This document shows positions 55,114 through 64,000 of a stretch of DNA of 64,000 bases, piece by piece. The first letter of the stretch is position 1, and every line of letters starts with the position of its first letter. The notes beneath the pieces were generated by a model. The model saw only the letters and a list, made by a program, of their open reading frames with translations. It did not search any database and was not told the origin of the DNA. This DNA comes from a bacterium. Its GTDB lineage: Bacteria; Zhuqueibacterota; Zhuqueibacteria; Residuimicrobiales; Krinioviventaceae. Location of the stretch: contig OY843751.1 in assembly GCA_963693055.1 (NCBI GenBank), positions 1,760,001 through 1,824,000 of the forward strand, read 5' to 3'. The position numbers and the translations under genes are program-made.

Positions 55114-55662
55114 ATGAAAAATCGCGTGGAAAAAATAAATCCCAACGAATTGGATTTGACTGAAAAGGTTGTTCATGTTAACCGTGTTGCCAAAGTAGTC
55201 AAGGGTGGTCGACGCTTCAGTTTTAACGCTATTGTTGTTGTTGGTGATGGCAATGGACATGTAGGAATTGGTTTAGGTAAAGCCAACGAGGTAACCGACT
55301 GTATTTCTAAAGGTGTTGAAGCTGCTAAAAAGAACCTGAAATCAGTTCCCTTGATTAATGGAACTATAACACATGAGATTGAAGGCAAATACGGTGCAGG
55401 TAAAGTATTTTTAAAACCAGCTTCTCCTGGTACAGGTGTAATTGCTGGTGGCCCTGTACGTGCAATTATGGAAGCTGTTGGTGTTAAAGATGTTTTAACA
55501 AAAAGCCGTGGTTCTGCTAATCCACATAACGTTGTTAAAGCTACAATGAATGCCCTGGAATCACTGATGGATGTACAATCCATTGCAAGAAAACGCAATA
55601 TGACAGTTATGCGTGTTTTCAATACCGTACCTAAAGTACAGCCGGTTGAAGAGAGTGAATAA
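55114..55662 (+). CDS. rpsE: 30S ribosomal protein S5
   Basis: [17 protein letters not shown]. Confidence 0.99.
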   Translation: MKNRVEKINPNELDLTEKVVHVNRVAKVVKGGRRFSFNAIVVVGDGNGHVGIGLGKANEVTDCISKGVEAAKKNLKSVPLINGTITHEIEGKYGAGKVFLKPASPGTGVIAGGPVRAIMEAVGVKDVLTKSRGSANPHNVVKATMNALESLMDVQSIARKRNMTVMRVFNTVPKVQPVEESE

Positions 55663-55687
55663 GATTTAATTTTTGGGAAAAACCAAG

Positions 55688-55879
55688 ATGGCAAAAAAAA
55701 CAAAAAGAATTAAAATTACCTTGGTACGCAGTACCATTGGCCGACTGAAAAAGCAAAAAGATACAGCAATTGCACTTGGCTTAAATAAGGTAAATAAAAC
55801 TGTTGAACATGATGATTCACCTGTTATTCGTGGAATGGTGAACCGTATTTCGCATCTTGTTCAGGTAGATGAAGTTTAA
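55688..55879 (+). CDS. rpmD: 50S ribosomal protein L30
   Basis: ITLVRS.IG, LGL, IRGMV; ATG 55688 or TTG 55673. Confidence 0.96.
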   Translation: MAKKTKRIKITLVRSTIGRLKKQKDTAIALGLNKVNKTVEHDDSPVIRGMVNRISHLVQVDEV

Positions 55880-55911
55880 ATTATCAATTTGTATAAAGGA
55901 CTAGCGCGAAA

Positions 55912-56343
55912 ATGGATTTATCAACTTTAACATATGCCCCGGGTTCAAGAAAAAATAGAAAACGCGTAGGCCGAGGTGGCGCTCACGGTAAAACTTCTTG
56001 TCGTGGTCATAATGGTCAGCGATCCCGTTCCGGCTCTAAAAGACGTTTATGGTTTGAAGGTGGTCAAATGCCTATCATGCGTCGTTTACCGAAACGTGGT
56101 TTTTACAGTTTTACCCGGAAAGATGTACAAATCGTTAATCTTGCTGATTTGATCAAGATTCAAGCTGAAGAAATCACTCCTGAAGTATTGTTGGAAAATG
56201 GATTGATTCGTAAAATTGATGTTCCTGTTAAAGTGTTAGGCGATGGTGAATTGACAGGCAAGATTTCTGTTACCGCCAACGCTTTTAGCAAATCTGCAAA
56301 GGAAAAAATTGAAGCTGCTGGCGGGAGGGCTACAGAATTATGA
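55912..56343 (+). CDS. rplO: 50S ribosomal protein L15
   Basis: FEGGQMP, VKVLGDG. Confidence 0.98.
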   Translation: MDLSTLTYAPGSRKNRKRVGRGGAHGKTSCRGHNGQRSRSGSKRRLWFEGGQMPIMRRLPKRGFYSFTRKDVQIVNLADLIKIQAEEITPEVLLENGLIRKIDVPVKVLGDGELTGKISVTANAFSKSAKEKIEAAGGRATEL

Positions 56344-57674
56344 TGGAAAATGTTAAAAACATTTTCAAGATTCCGGAACTGCGCAAAAAGATCCTGTTTA
56401 CTGCCATTATCCTTGTAGTTTATCGTGTTGGTGGTCATATTCCGGTACCCGGTATCAATGCACCTGCATTGTTAGAATATTTTGAGCAGGCACAAAGAGG
56501 GCTCTTGGGTTTATACGATCTCTTTGCCGGCGGTGCATTCAAGCGCGCTACTATTTTCGCATTGGGTATTATGCCCTATATTTCCGCATCCATTATTATT
56601 CAATTATTGGGTGCCGTTGTTCCTTATTTTCAGAAATTGCAAAAAGAAGGTGAGCAGGGACGTAAAAAAATTACCCAGCTTACCCGCTATGGAACTGTTG
56701 CCATTTCTGCAATGCAGGGTTTCGGTGTAAGTGTTTTCCTCGAATCTATTGGTTATTCACCTGTTACCGGTCAATTAGTAGTTCCTATGCCAGGTTTTGG
56801 TTTCAGACTTTTAACCATGTTAACACTTGCAAGTGGTACTGTAATTATAATGTGGCTTGGTGAATTAATCACTGAACGTGGAATAGGAAATGGTATTTCT
56901 TTGATCATCTTTATTGGTATCATTGCTCGTTTCCCCAATTCTATTTTTAATGAAATTCAGTCGGTTGCAAGTGGAACTCGTCCCTTAATCACAGAACTTG
57001 TATTGTGGGCAATTTTTATCATTACTGTTTGGTGTACAGTTGCTTTGACGCAGGGTACTCGCAAGATACCTGTCCAATATGCCAAGCGTGTTGTTGGTCG
57101 TAAAGTATATGGTGGACAGCGTACCCATATTCCACTGCGTGTGAATACTGCAGGCGTTATGCCCATCATTTTTGCTCAATCAATTTTGTTTGTACCCCAA
57201 ACAATTATGCAGTTTTTTCCAAACAGTGACTTTGTAGCTTCTATGAATATGCTGTTTGATTATCAATCATGGACTTATTGGATTATTTATGGTTTGATGA
57301 TTGTATTCTTTACTTATTTTTATACTGCAATAGCTTTTAACCCAATTGATGTTGCAGACAATATGAAAAAACAGGGAGGATTCATTCCCGGTGTTAGACC
57401 TGGAAAAAAGACTTCTGAATATATTGATCATATTTTAACCAGAATCACCTTGCCCGGTTCTATTGCATTGGCATTGATTGCAATTTTACCTTCTATTGTA
57501 TCAAAGTTTGGCCATGTTAACTATGACTTTGCCAGCTTTTATGGTGGAACCTCATTACTCATTGTAGTTGGTGTTGCACTTGATACTCTGCAACAGATTG
57601 AATCACATCTGTTGATGCGTCATTATGACGGATTTATGAAAACCGGCAAGATTAAAGGTAGACGTAGATTCTAA
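56340..57674 (+). CDS. secY: preprotein translocase SecY
   Basis: ALGIMPYI, GIGNGISL, IPGVRPG, GGTSLLI. Confidence 0.99.
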   Translation: MMENVKNIFKIPELRKKILFTAIILVVYRVGGHIPVPGINAPALLEYFEQAQRGLLGLYDLFAGGAFKRATIFALGIMPYISASIIIQLLGAVVPYFQKLQKEGEQGRKKITQLTRYGTVAISAMQGFGVSVFLESIGYSPVTGQLVVPMPGFGFRLLTMLTLASGTVIIMWLGELITERGIGNGISLIIFIGIIARFPNSIFNEIQSVASGTRPLITELVLWAIFIITVWCTVALTQGTRKIPVQYAKRVVGRKVYGGQRTHIPLRVNTAGVMPIIFAQSILFVPQTIMQFFPNSDFVASMNMLFDYQSWTYWIIYGLMIVFFTYFYTAIAFNPIDVADNMKKQGGFIPGVRPGKKTSEYIDHILTRITLPGSIALALIAILPSIVSKFGHVNYDFASFYGGTSLLIVVGVALDTLQQIESHLLMRHYDGFMKTGKIKGRRRF

Positions 57675-57684
57675 AAAACAGGAA

Positions 57685-58341
57685 ATGACTGGAATGAGAA
57701 CGATATTTTTAGGTGCACCCGGAACCGGTAAAGGAACCCAGGCATCTGTTTTAGCTGAAAAATTTTCTATACCCCAGATTTCTACAGGTGACATCTTGAG
57801 ACAAGCTGTTAAAGATGGTACTGAACTGGGTAAAAAAGCAAAATCGATTATGGAATCTGGTGGTCTTGTATCTGATGATATTATCATTGGATTAATTGAA
57901 GAACGTCTGGAACAAGATGATTGTAAGAATGGTTATATTTTGGACGGTTTTCCACGTACAATTGCACAGGCAGAAAGTCTTGATGCATTATTAACCGAAG
58001 CAAAGCCTATTGAAGCGGTTATTTATTTTGACGTACCGGAAGATGAAATCATTAAAAGATTAACCAGCCGTCGTACATGTAATAAATGTGGTTACAATTA
58101 TAACATGATCACTGATCCACCACCTGCTGACAATGTCTGCAAATTTTGTGGTGGCCCGGTAATACAACGTGATGATGATAAGGAAGATACTGTACGTAAT
58201 CGTCTGGTTGTATATCATGAAAAAACTGCTCCATTGAAAGCATATTATGAAGAGCAGGATAAATTAAAATCAGTAGATGCAAGTCAACAAGTTGAAAAAG
58301 TACGTGTTGAATTGGTTGACATTTACGAAAATTTGAGATAA
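57685..58341 (+). CDS. adk: adenylate kinase (Zn-lid)
   Basis: GAPGTGKGT, LDGFPRT, CNKC..CKFC lid. Confidence 0.98.
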   Translation: MTGMRTIFLGAPGTGKGTQASVLAEKFSIPQISTGDILRQAVKDGTELGKKAKSIMESGGLVSDDIIIGLIEERLEQDDCKNGYILDGFPRTIAQAESLDALLTEAKPIEAVIYFDVPEDEIIKRLTSRRTCNKCGYNYNMITDPPPADNVCKFCGGPVIQRDDDKEDTVRNRLVVYHEKTAPLKAYYEEQDKLKSVDASQQVEKVRVELVDIYENLR

Positions 58342-58344
58342 ATT

Positions 58345-59094
58345 ATGATTCATATACGGAGTACACGCGAAATAGATTTGTTAAGAGCCAGTGCCAGAAT
58401 TGTTGCAGAAGCTTTAAAAATGATTGAATCTCGTGTCGCTCCTGGTGTTTCAACAGAGGATCTGGACAAGGAAATTGAAGAATTTATTCGTTCTAAAAAT
58501 GCAAGACCTGCATTTAAAGGATTTAATGGTTTCCCTGCGAGCTCCTGTATCTCTATCGATGATCAAGTTGTACATGGAATACCTGGTAAGCGAGTTTTAA
58601 AAGAAGGTGAAATAATAAGCATTGATATTGGTGTTGAACTCAATGGTTATTATGGTGATGCTGCCAAAACATTTCCTGTAGGACTAATCGATGAAGAAAA
58701 ACAGCGGTTGTTAAAAGTAACTGAAGAGTCACTTTACATTGGTATTGAAGCCGCTAAAGAAGGTAATCGTCTTTCTGATATTGGTCATGCGATACAAGCT
58801 CATGTTGAAAACGCAGGTTACACTGTGGTTCGTGATCTTGTTGGACATGGAATAGGTACTGAAATGTGGGAAGAACCACAGATACCAAATTATGGTGAAC
58901 CTAATCAGGGACCGCGTTTAAAATCAGGAATGGTATTCGCTATTGAGCCGATGGTAAATATTGGTACTTATGATGTAAGAACCGAGGCGGATAACTGGAC
59001 GATTGTTACTCAAGATGGTAAACCATCGGCACATTTTGAACACGATATTGTGATTAATGATGGTAAAGCTGAAATATTGAGCGCCGATCTATAA
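58345..59094 (+). CDS. map: methionine aminopeptidase type I
   Basis: VVHGIP, GHGIG, AIEPM, SAHFEH. Confidence 0.98.
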   Translation: MIHIRSTREIDLLRASARIVAEALKMIESRVAPGVSTEDLDKEIEEFIRSKNARPAFKGFNGFPASSCISIDDQVVHGIPGKRVLKEGEIISIDIGVELNGYYGDAAKTFPVGLIDEEKQRLLKVTEESLYIGIEAAKEGNRLSDIGHAIQAHVENAGYTVVRDLVGHGIGTEMWEEPQIPNYGEPNQGPRLKSGMVFAIEPMVNIGTYDVRTEADNWTIVTQDGKPSAHFEHDIVINDGKAEILSADL

Positions 59095-59106
59095 AGGTAA
59101 TTTTGT

Positions 59107-59325
59107 ATGGCTAAAGAATCAGCAATTAAAATTGATGGAACTATTTTAGAAACTTTGCCCAATGCTACGTTTAAGGTAGAATTGGAAAATGGGCACGTAG
59201 TTTTGGCCCATATCTCTGGTAAAATGAGAATGCATTTTATTAAAATTTTACCAGGCGATAAAGTTACCTGTGAACTATCGCCTTACGATTTGAGTCGTGG
59301 TAGAATTATTTATCGTTACAAATAA
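59107..59325 (+). CDS. infA: translation initiation factor IF-1
   Basis: LPNA.F, ISGKMR, SPYDL. Confidence 0.99.
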   Translation: MAKESAIKIDGTILETLPNATFKVELENGHVVLAHISGKMRMHFIKILPGDKVTCELSPYDLSRGRIIYRYK

Positions 59326-59363
59326 TACGCTGGTAAATGGAATATACAAGTTAGGTGCAAACC

Positions 59364-59480
59364 ATGAAAGTAAGAGCTTCGGTAAAAAAAATTTGTGAAC
59401 ACTGTAAAATCATAAGACGTAAAGGTGTTGTACGTGTCATTTGTGACCGTAACCCGAAACATAAACAACGTCAAGGATAA
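59364..59480 (+). CDS. rpmJ: 50S ribosomal protein L36 (Zn-ribbon form)
   Basis: translated by hand, absent from track: [38 protein letters not shown]. Confidence 0.97.
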   Translation: MKVRASVKKICEHCKIIRRKGVVRVICDRNPKHKQRQG

Positions 59481-59513
59481 TTTTTTTAATCAAGTATAAA
59501 AAAGGAGTGAGTC

Positions 59514-59879
59514 TTGTCTCGTATAGCTGGTATTGATTTACCCCGGGATAAACGAATTGAAGTAGCGCTGACCTATATTACGGGTATCGGATTAACAACA
59601 TCCCAAAAGTTGTTGGAAAAAACCGGTATCGATCCTAATATTCGTGTGCGTGATATAACCCCCGATCAGGTACAAAAAATTCGTGATGAAATTCAAAACA
59701 ATTACAAGGTCGAAGGTGCGCTGCGTAGTGAAATCCATATGAATATTAAACGACTGATGGATATAGGCTGTTATCGCGGTCTCAGACATCGTCGTAATTT
59801 GCCGGTTCGCGGACAACGAACACATACAAATGCCCGTACCCGTCGTAATAAGAGATCGGCAGTTGGTGGTAAAAAGTAA
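59514..59879 (+). CDS. rpsM: 30S ribosomal protein S13
   Basis: [18 protein letters not shown]; TTG start. Confidence 0.99.
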   Translation: MSRIAGIDLPRDKRIEVALTYITGIGLTTSQKLLEKTGIDPNIRVRDITPDQVQKIRDEIQNNYKVEGALRSEIHMNIKRLMDIGCYRGLRHRRNLPVRGQRTHTNARTRRNKRSAVGGKK

Positions 59880-59913
59880 GTATAACCATTAAATGAATGT
59901 AAAGAGGTGTTAA

Positions 59914-60303
59914 TTGGCTAATCCAAGAAGAAGAACCACGAAAAAGAAAGAAAAAGTTGAAGCCAATGGTGTAGCTCATATCAAAGTGACATTTAACAAT
60001 ACAAATATCACATTGACAGACCAGTATGGCAATGTCATTTCGTGGGCAACAGCAGGTCGAGTTGGATTTAAAGGTTCACGTAAAAGTACTCCATTTGCGG
60101 CGCAGATGGCCGCAGAATCTGCTGCAAAAGAAGCGATGGATCTGGGTTTGAAACGGGTTGAAGTGTTAGTAAAAGGACCCGGTGCAGGCCGTGAAGCAGC
60201 TGTTCGTTCTTTGCAAGCTGCAGGATTAGAGATTACAGCTATTAAAGATTGTACTCCTATTCCTCACAATGGTTGTCGGCCCCCAAAACGTCGGCGTGTA
60301 TAA
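59914..60303 (+). CDS. rpsK: 30S ribosomal protein S11
   Basis: KSTPFAA, PHNGCRP; TTG start. Confidence 0.99.
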   Translation: MANPRRRTTKKKEKVEANGVAHIKVTFNNTNITLTDQYGNVISWATAGRVGFKGSRKSTPFAAQMAAESAAKEAMDLGLKRVEVLVKGPGAGREAAVRSLQAAGLEITAIKDCTPIPHNGCRPPKRRRV

Positions 60304-60368
60304 TTTTGAATTTGATTCTAAAGTGTACGGAACTCGTTTCCGTTTGATCTGTTAGGAGGTTTATATAA

Positions 60369-60998
60369 ATGGCTAGACATACAGGCGCTGTCTGTAAAAT
60401 TTGTCGTAGAGAAGGCATGAAGCTTTTTCTTAAAGGAAGCAAGTGCTCGTCTAATAAATGTACTTTTGATAAAAAAAGTTATGGTCCAGGACAGCATGGA
60501 CAAAGAAGAAGTTTTAAACAATCTGAATATTCTATTCAGCTACGTGAGAAACAAAAAATTAAAAGAATGTATGGATTGCTGGAACGTCAATTCCGTAATT
60601 ATTTTGAAAAAGCAGACCGTGCACAAGGTATTACCGGTGAAAATCTGTTACAGATGCTCGAATGTCGTTTAGACAATGTAGTACATAGATTAGGTTTAGC
60701 ACCATCAAGAATATCTGCACGTCAACTTGTTCGTCATAAACATATTTTGGTAAATGGACGCCGAGTTGATATTCCGTCTTTTCAATTGCAAACCGGAGAT
60801 GTAATAACTGTTGCAGAAAAAAGCCGCAAACTCGATATGATTCATGATTCCATGAAAAGAGTTCGCGATGGTAAATTGGTTCCATGGTTAACTTTGGATA
60901 AAGCCAAGATGGAAGGAACCGTTTTAGAGGCTCCAACACGTGATAGTATTCCGGTGAATGTGAATGAACAGTTGGTTGTAGAGTTGTATTCCAAATAA
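60369..60998 (+). CDS. rpsD: 30S ribosomal protein S4 (Zn-binding form)
   Basis: CKICRRE, PGQHG, LECRLDN, VELYSK. Confidence 0.99.
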   Translation: MARHTGAVCKICRREGMKLFLKGSKCSSNKCTFDKKSYGPGQHGQRRSFKQSEYSIQLREKQKIKRMYGLLERQFRNYFEKADRAQGITGENLLQMLECRLDNVVHRLGLAPSRISARQLVRHKHILVNGRRVDIPSFQLQTGDVITVAEKSRKLDMIHDSMKRVRDGKLVPWLTLDKAKMEGTVLEAPTRDSIPVNVNEQLVVELYSK

Positions 60999-61040
60999 CG
61001 TTTTCAATAGAAAAGTAAAATTAACGAATGGAGTTCATTT

Positions 61041-62042
61041 ATGGCTTTACCAAGTTTTCAAATGCCCGAAAGCATTGAACTGGATGAGTCAACATATAGC
61101 AATACATACGGCCGATTTATTGTGCAACCACTGGAGCGGGGTTTTGGTACAACTATAGGAAATTCCCTGAGACGTGTATTACTATCCTCAATTCCAGGAA
61201 CAGCTATCACCAGTTTTCGAATCGATAATAATAATGGAGAATCCATTTTACACGAATTCAGCACTGTTGGTGGCGTTCAGGAAGATATTTCCGAGGTTGT
61301 TCTCAATTTAAAACAGGTAAAAATTAAATTGATTGAAAAACGACCAGAAAAAGTTGTTCTGGATGTTAAAGGCCCCGGTGAATTTACCGCTGCTGATATT
61401 CAGCAGGGATCACAGGAATTTGAAATTTTAAATCCTGACCTTCATATTGCTACTTTGAATGATGAAGCTGATTTCAAATTGGAATTGCGTATTGGACGCG
61501 GTAGAGGTTATGTTCCCTCTGAAGAAAATAAAATGCCCGATATGCCAATTGGTACTGTACCAATTGATTCAATTTTTACCCCGGTCACACAAGTGACTTA
61601 TCAAGTAGAAAATACTCGAGTTGGTCAAAAGACCGATTATGAAAAATTAATTCTTGAAATTAACACAGATGGCAGTATCACACCTGATGACGCCCTCAGT
61701 TATGCCGGTAAAATACTCAAGGACCACATTCAGCTATTTATCACTTTTGATGTTGACACTGAAGAAGAAGAAGTACCGGAAGTAGATGAAGAAGTCATCC
61801 GTATTCGCAGATTGTTGAACATGAGTGTTGATGAGCTTGAACTCTCTGTTCGTTCTCATAACTGCTTGATGGCTGCAAATATTAAAACCATTTCAGATTT
61901 AGTAAGACGTGATGAGCAGGAAATGCTCAAATTCAGAAATTTTGGTCGTAAATCTTTGACCGAATTAAACAAAATTCTGGAAGAAAAAGGTCTTCATTTT
62001 GGAATGGATATAGAAAAATATTTGAAAAAAGGTGAAGAATAG
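61041..62042 (+). CDS. rpoA: RNA polymerase alpha subunit
   Basis: PLERGFGTT.GN, LSVRS.NCL, NFGRKSL. Confidence 0.99.
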   Translation: MALPSFQMPESIELDESTYSNTYGRFIVQPLERGFGTTIGNSLRRVLLSSIPGTAITSFRIDNNNGESILHEFSTVGGVQEDISEVVLNLKQVKIKLIEKRPEKVVLDVKGPGEFTAADIQQGSQEFEILNPDLHIATLNDEADFKLELRIGRGRGYVPSEENKMPDMPIGTVPIDSIFTPVTQVTYQVENTRVGQKTDYEKLILEINTDGSITPDDALSYAGKILKDHIQLFITFDVDTEEEEVPEVDEEVIRIRRLLNMSVDELELSVRSHNCLMAANIKTISDLVRRDEQEMLKFRNFGRKSLTELNKILEEKGLHFGMDIEKYLKKGEE

Positions 62043-62080
62043 TATAGTTACTGAATATACTTAATTAGGGAAATGTATTC

Positions 62081-62539
62081 ATGAGACATTTAAAATCCGG
62101 AAGAAAATTAGGACGTACTACAAGTCATAGAAAAGCGACACTTGCTAATTTGGCTACTGCTTTATTGACCCATAAAAGTATTGTAACAACTACTCCAAAG
62201 GCTAAAGAAGCACGATCTACTGTTGAGCGCCTGGTTACTTTTGCGAAAAAAGGTGATCTTGCTGCAAGACGACAGGTGTTGCGTACCATTCGTGACAAAG
62301 CCCTGGTTAAAGAGCTCTTTGAAGAAATTGCACCCAAGTATGCTGAACGTAACGGTGGTTATACCCGGATCATAAAAATCGGCCGACGTAAAGGTGACAA
62401 TGCACCGCTTGCAATTTTTGAGCTTGTAGGATATGAATCTGCAAAAGCTGAAAAATTAGAGAAGCAACGGAAAAAACGTGAAGCTAAATCTGAAGATCAA
62501 GAAAAGAAAGCTGAAGAAGAAGTTTCCGGCGAAGAGTAA
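62081..62539 (+). CDS. rplQ: 50S ribosomal protein L17
   Basis: MRH...KLGR, GGYTRI; charged C-terminal tail. Confidence 0.99.
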   Translation: MRHLKSGRKLGRTTSHRKATLANLATALLTHKSIVTTTPKAKEARSTVERLVTFAKKGDLAARRQVLRTIRDKALVKELFEEIAPKYAERNGGYTRIIKIGRRKGDNAPLAIFELVGYESAKAEKLEKQRKKREAKSEDQEKKAEEEVSGEE

Positions 62540-62554
62540 GAAAAAATTATTTTT

Positions 62555-62588
62555 AAAAAGGGCAAGCATAGGCTTGCCCTTTTTTTTT
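62555..62588 (+). terminator. intrinsic terminator ending ribosomal supercluster
   Basis: AAAAAGGGCAAGC-atag-GCTTGCCC-T9. Confidence 0.9.
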
Positions 62589-62770
62589 GTATATTTATTC
62601 ATCCCTTTTGGTTTTCCATTGGTTTTTTTCCTTCAAATGTTTATATTAGCTTTTTCCAGTCTTGCGTAACTTGTTGAGACTATATTTGAAAATTTGTGTT
62701 TGCTCGTAAGGAACTTATTTATACGAATTCAGTAAAAGAATACAAAAACAATCTTGTTATAGGAATCGGA

Positions 62771-64000
62771 ATGAAAAGACTATTAGCTTTATTATCACTT
62801 TCTTTTCTTTTATATTGTACTCACGACAAACCCCTGCCAAGCGGTTATGAATTGTTAAACCGTGAAAATAAGGGGGAAATCATTGTTAAAGAGTATCCAG
62901 CAACACGTACTGCAACGTATTGGAGCACTCCTCAAGCTGGTATACAAAATTCACTTATGCTTGGACAGTTGGGTGCATATAAATCCTTTATTGCTTTTCG
63001 TTTTGTGAATTTTTCTGCAATTGACACAACTACTGTTAATTCTGTTACCTTGAATCTTGAACAATTCTTTCATTATGGTGACGGTGGATCATTTCAGGTG
63101 ACCGCTTATCCTTTGACTGAACCCTGGATATCTACATATATTTATGAAAGTGACTGGGAATCTGCAGTTTGGGATGATATTCAAGGAAAGATAGATTACG
63201 GGAAACCTATTGGTTCATTTACTGCAGGACCAACAGATTCAGTTTCTACTATAAGTATTGATCTTGATACTGCCACTGTGAATAATTGGGTACGTCAATA
63301 TCAGCTATTATATAACGACGATGATACCGATAATATAGAAGAAAATTTTGGTTTTGTTTTAACACTGGAATCTGCTGATGTAATGTGTCAATATTATTCT
63401 GCTGAAGTAAGTGGAGCATGGCCTTTTCTTTCAATATCTTATGATCCCATTGATCAGGATGTTCAAGTTGAGACAGATACTGTTTACGGCTATATCGATG
63501 CAAGTATGATCCAGTACGATACTGATGTTTTGCCTGATCAGATAATTGAAAATCCTGATTATTTAAATATTGGAAATGCTTCCGGTTATAAAACTTTTTT
63601 ACAATTTCATACCGAAGATATACCCAAAGAAGCTACAATACATCATGCAATGATTACTATGAATGTAGTATCCGATGACGATACTACCAATTTAATACCT
63701 ATAAGTGTAATTCCGGTTTTTGGAGATTCACTTTGGGATCCTCAAGAAATGGTGTTGGATAGCTTGCACGAAGTTCCAACAGCATATGCTGCTTCTATAT
63801 ATGATGAATTCAATATGTCAAATTCTACAGCTACGTCAAACATGTCTACAATTGTACAGCATTGGGCGTGGAATCTTTATAAAAATTACGGCCTATTATT
63901 GTTTTCAGGTGACGAAGGATACAGTCTTTCAGAAATTAGTTTTTACTCTGGAAAGAATGATTCAACACTCGTACCAAAATTGCGCGTAACTTATTCATTG
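62771..64000 (+). CDS. lipoprotein with two DNRLRE-like beta-sandwich modules (runs off window end)
   Basis: frame open from ATG 62771 to the window end (not in track because no stop is reached); MKRLLALLSLSFLLYC signal plus Cys. Confidence 0.75.
   Translation, partial: MKRLLALLSLSFLLYCTHDKPLPSGYELLNRENKGEIIVKEYPATRTATYWSTPQAGIQNSLMLGQLGAYKSFIAFRFVNFSAIDTTTVNSVTLNLEQFFHYGDGGSFQVTAYPLTEPWISTYIYESDWESAVWDDIQGKIDYGKPIGSFTAGPTDSVSTISIDLDTATVNNWVRQYQLLYNDDDTDNIEENFGFVLTLESADVMCQYYSAEVSGAWPFLSISYDPIDQDVQVETDTVYGYIDASMIQYDTDVLPDQIIENPDYLNIGNASGYKTFLQFHTEDIPKEATIHHAMITMNVVSDDDTTNLIPISVIPVFGDSLWDPQEMVLDSLHEVPTAYAASIYDEFNMSNSTATSNMSTIVQHWAWNLYKNYGLLLFSGDEGYSLSEISFYSGKNDSTLVPKLRVTYSL

Noticed and set aside
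63720-63989. 89-aa plus-strand ORF and 63249-63503 minus-strand ORF
   Set aside because: Both lie inside the long open frame starting at 62771.
1-64000. CRISPR arrays, transposases, prophage or defence genes
   Set aside because: No spaced direct repeats and no integrase, transposase or nuclease signatures other than RuvC were found.

Overview
Low-GC bacterial chromosome segment, mostly core genome. Protein features (RpoB/RpoC inserts, IPAYKR-type FtsZ tail, Shine-Dalgarno use, sigma70-like promoters) suggest an FCB-group lineage such as KSB1 or Calditrichota; this is inference, not a database result. Layout: (1) 62-7245, end of a dcw cluster (mraY-ftsW-murG-ftsQ-like-ftsA-small orphan ORF-ftsZ) without murD or murC. 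(2) rpmB and a signal-peptide DUF2252 kinase-like gene. (3) 8992-21773, a minus-strand metabolic block: TPR protein, Re-citrate synthase, a 630-aa gamma-glutamylcyclotransferase (GGCT) plus putative carboxylate-amine ligase fusion, a globin-like RsbRD_N-type protein, isocitrate dehydrogenase, lutABC, aconitase and an Ldh_2 dehydrogenase. (4) SPOR lipoprotein, yebC-ruvCAB-queA-ispDF-cysS. (5) An intact 33-kb translation/transcription supercluster with 5 tRNAs, 2 tuf copies, rpoBC and the str, S10, spc and alpha operons. (6) A lipoprotein running off the right end. The best candidate for an undescribed system is the GGCT-amidoligase fusion and its globin-like partner, translationally coupled inside a 2-oxoglutarate biosynthesis operon. 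Other candidates are the ftsA-ftsZ microprotein, a doubled FtsZ C-terminal peptide and structured spacers (rpsG-fusA, icd-lutA, ftsZ 3'). No CRISPR array, rRNA or mobile element was seen.
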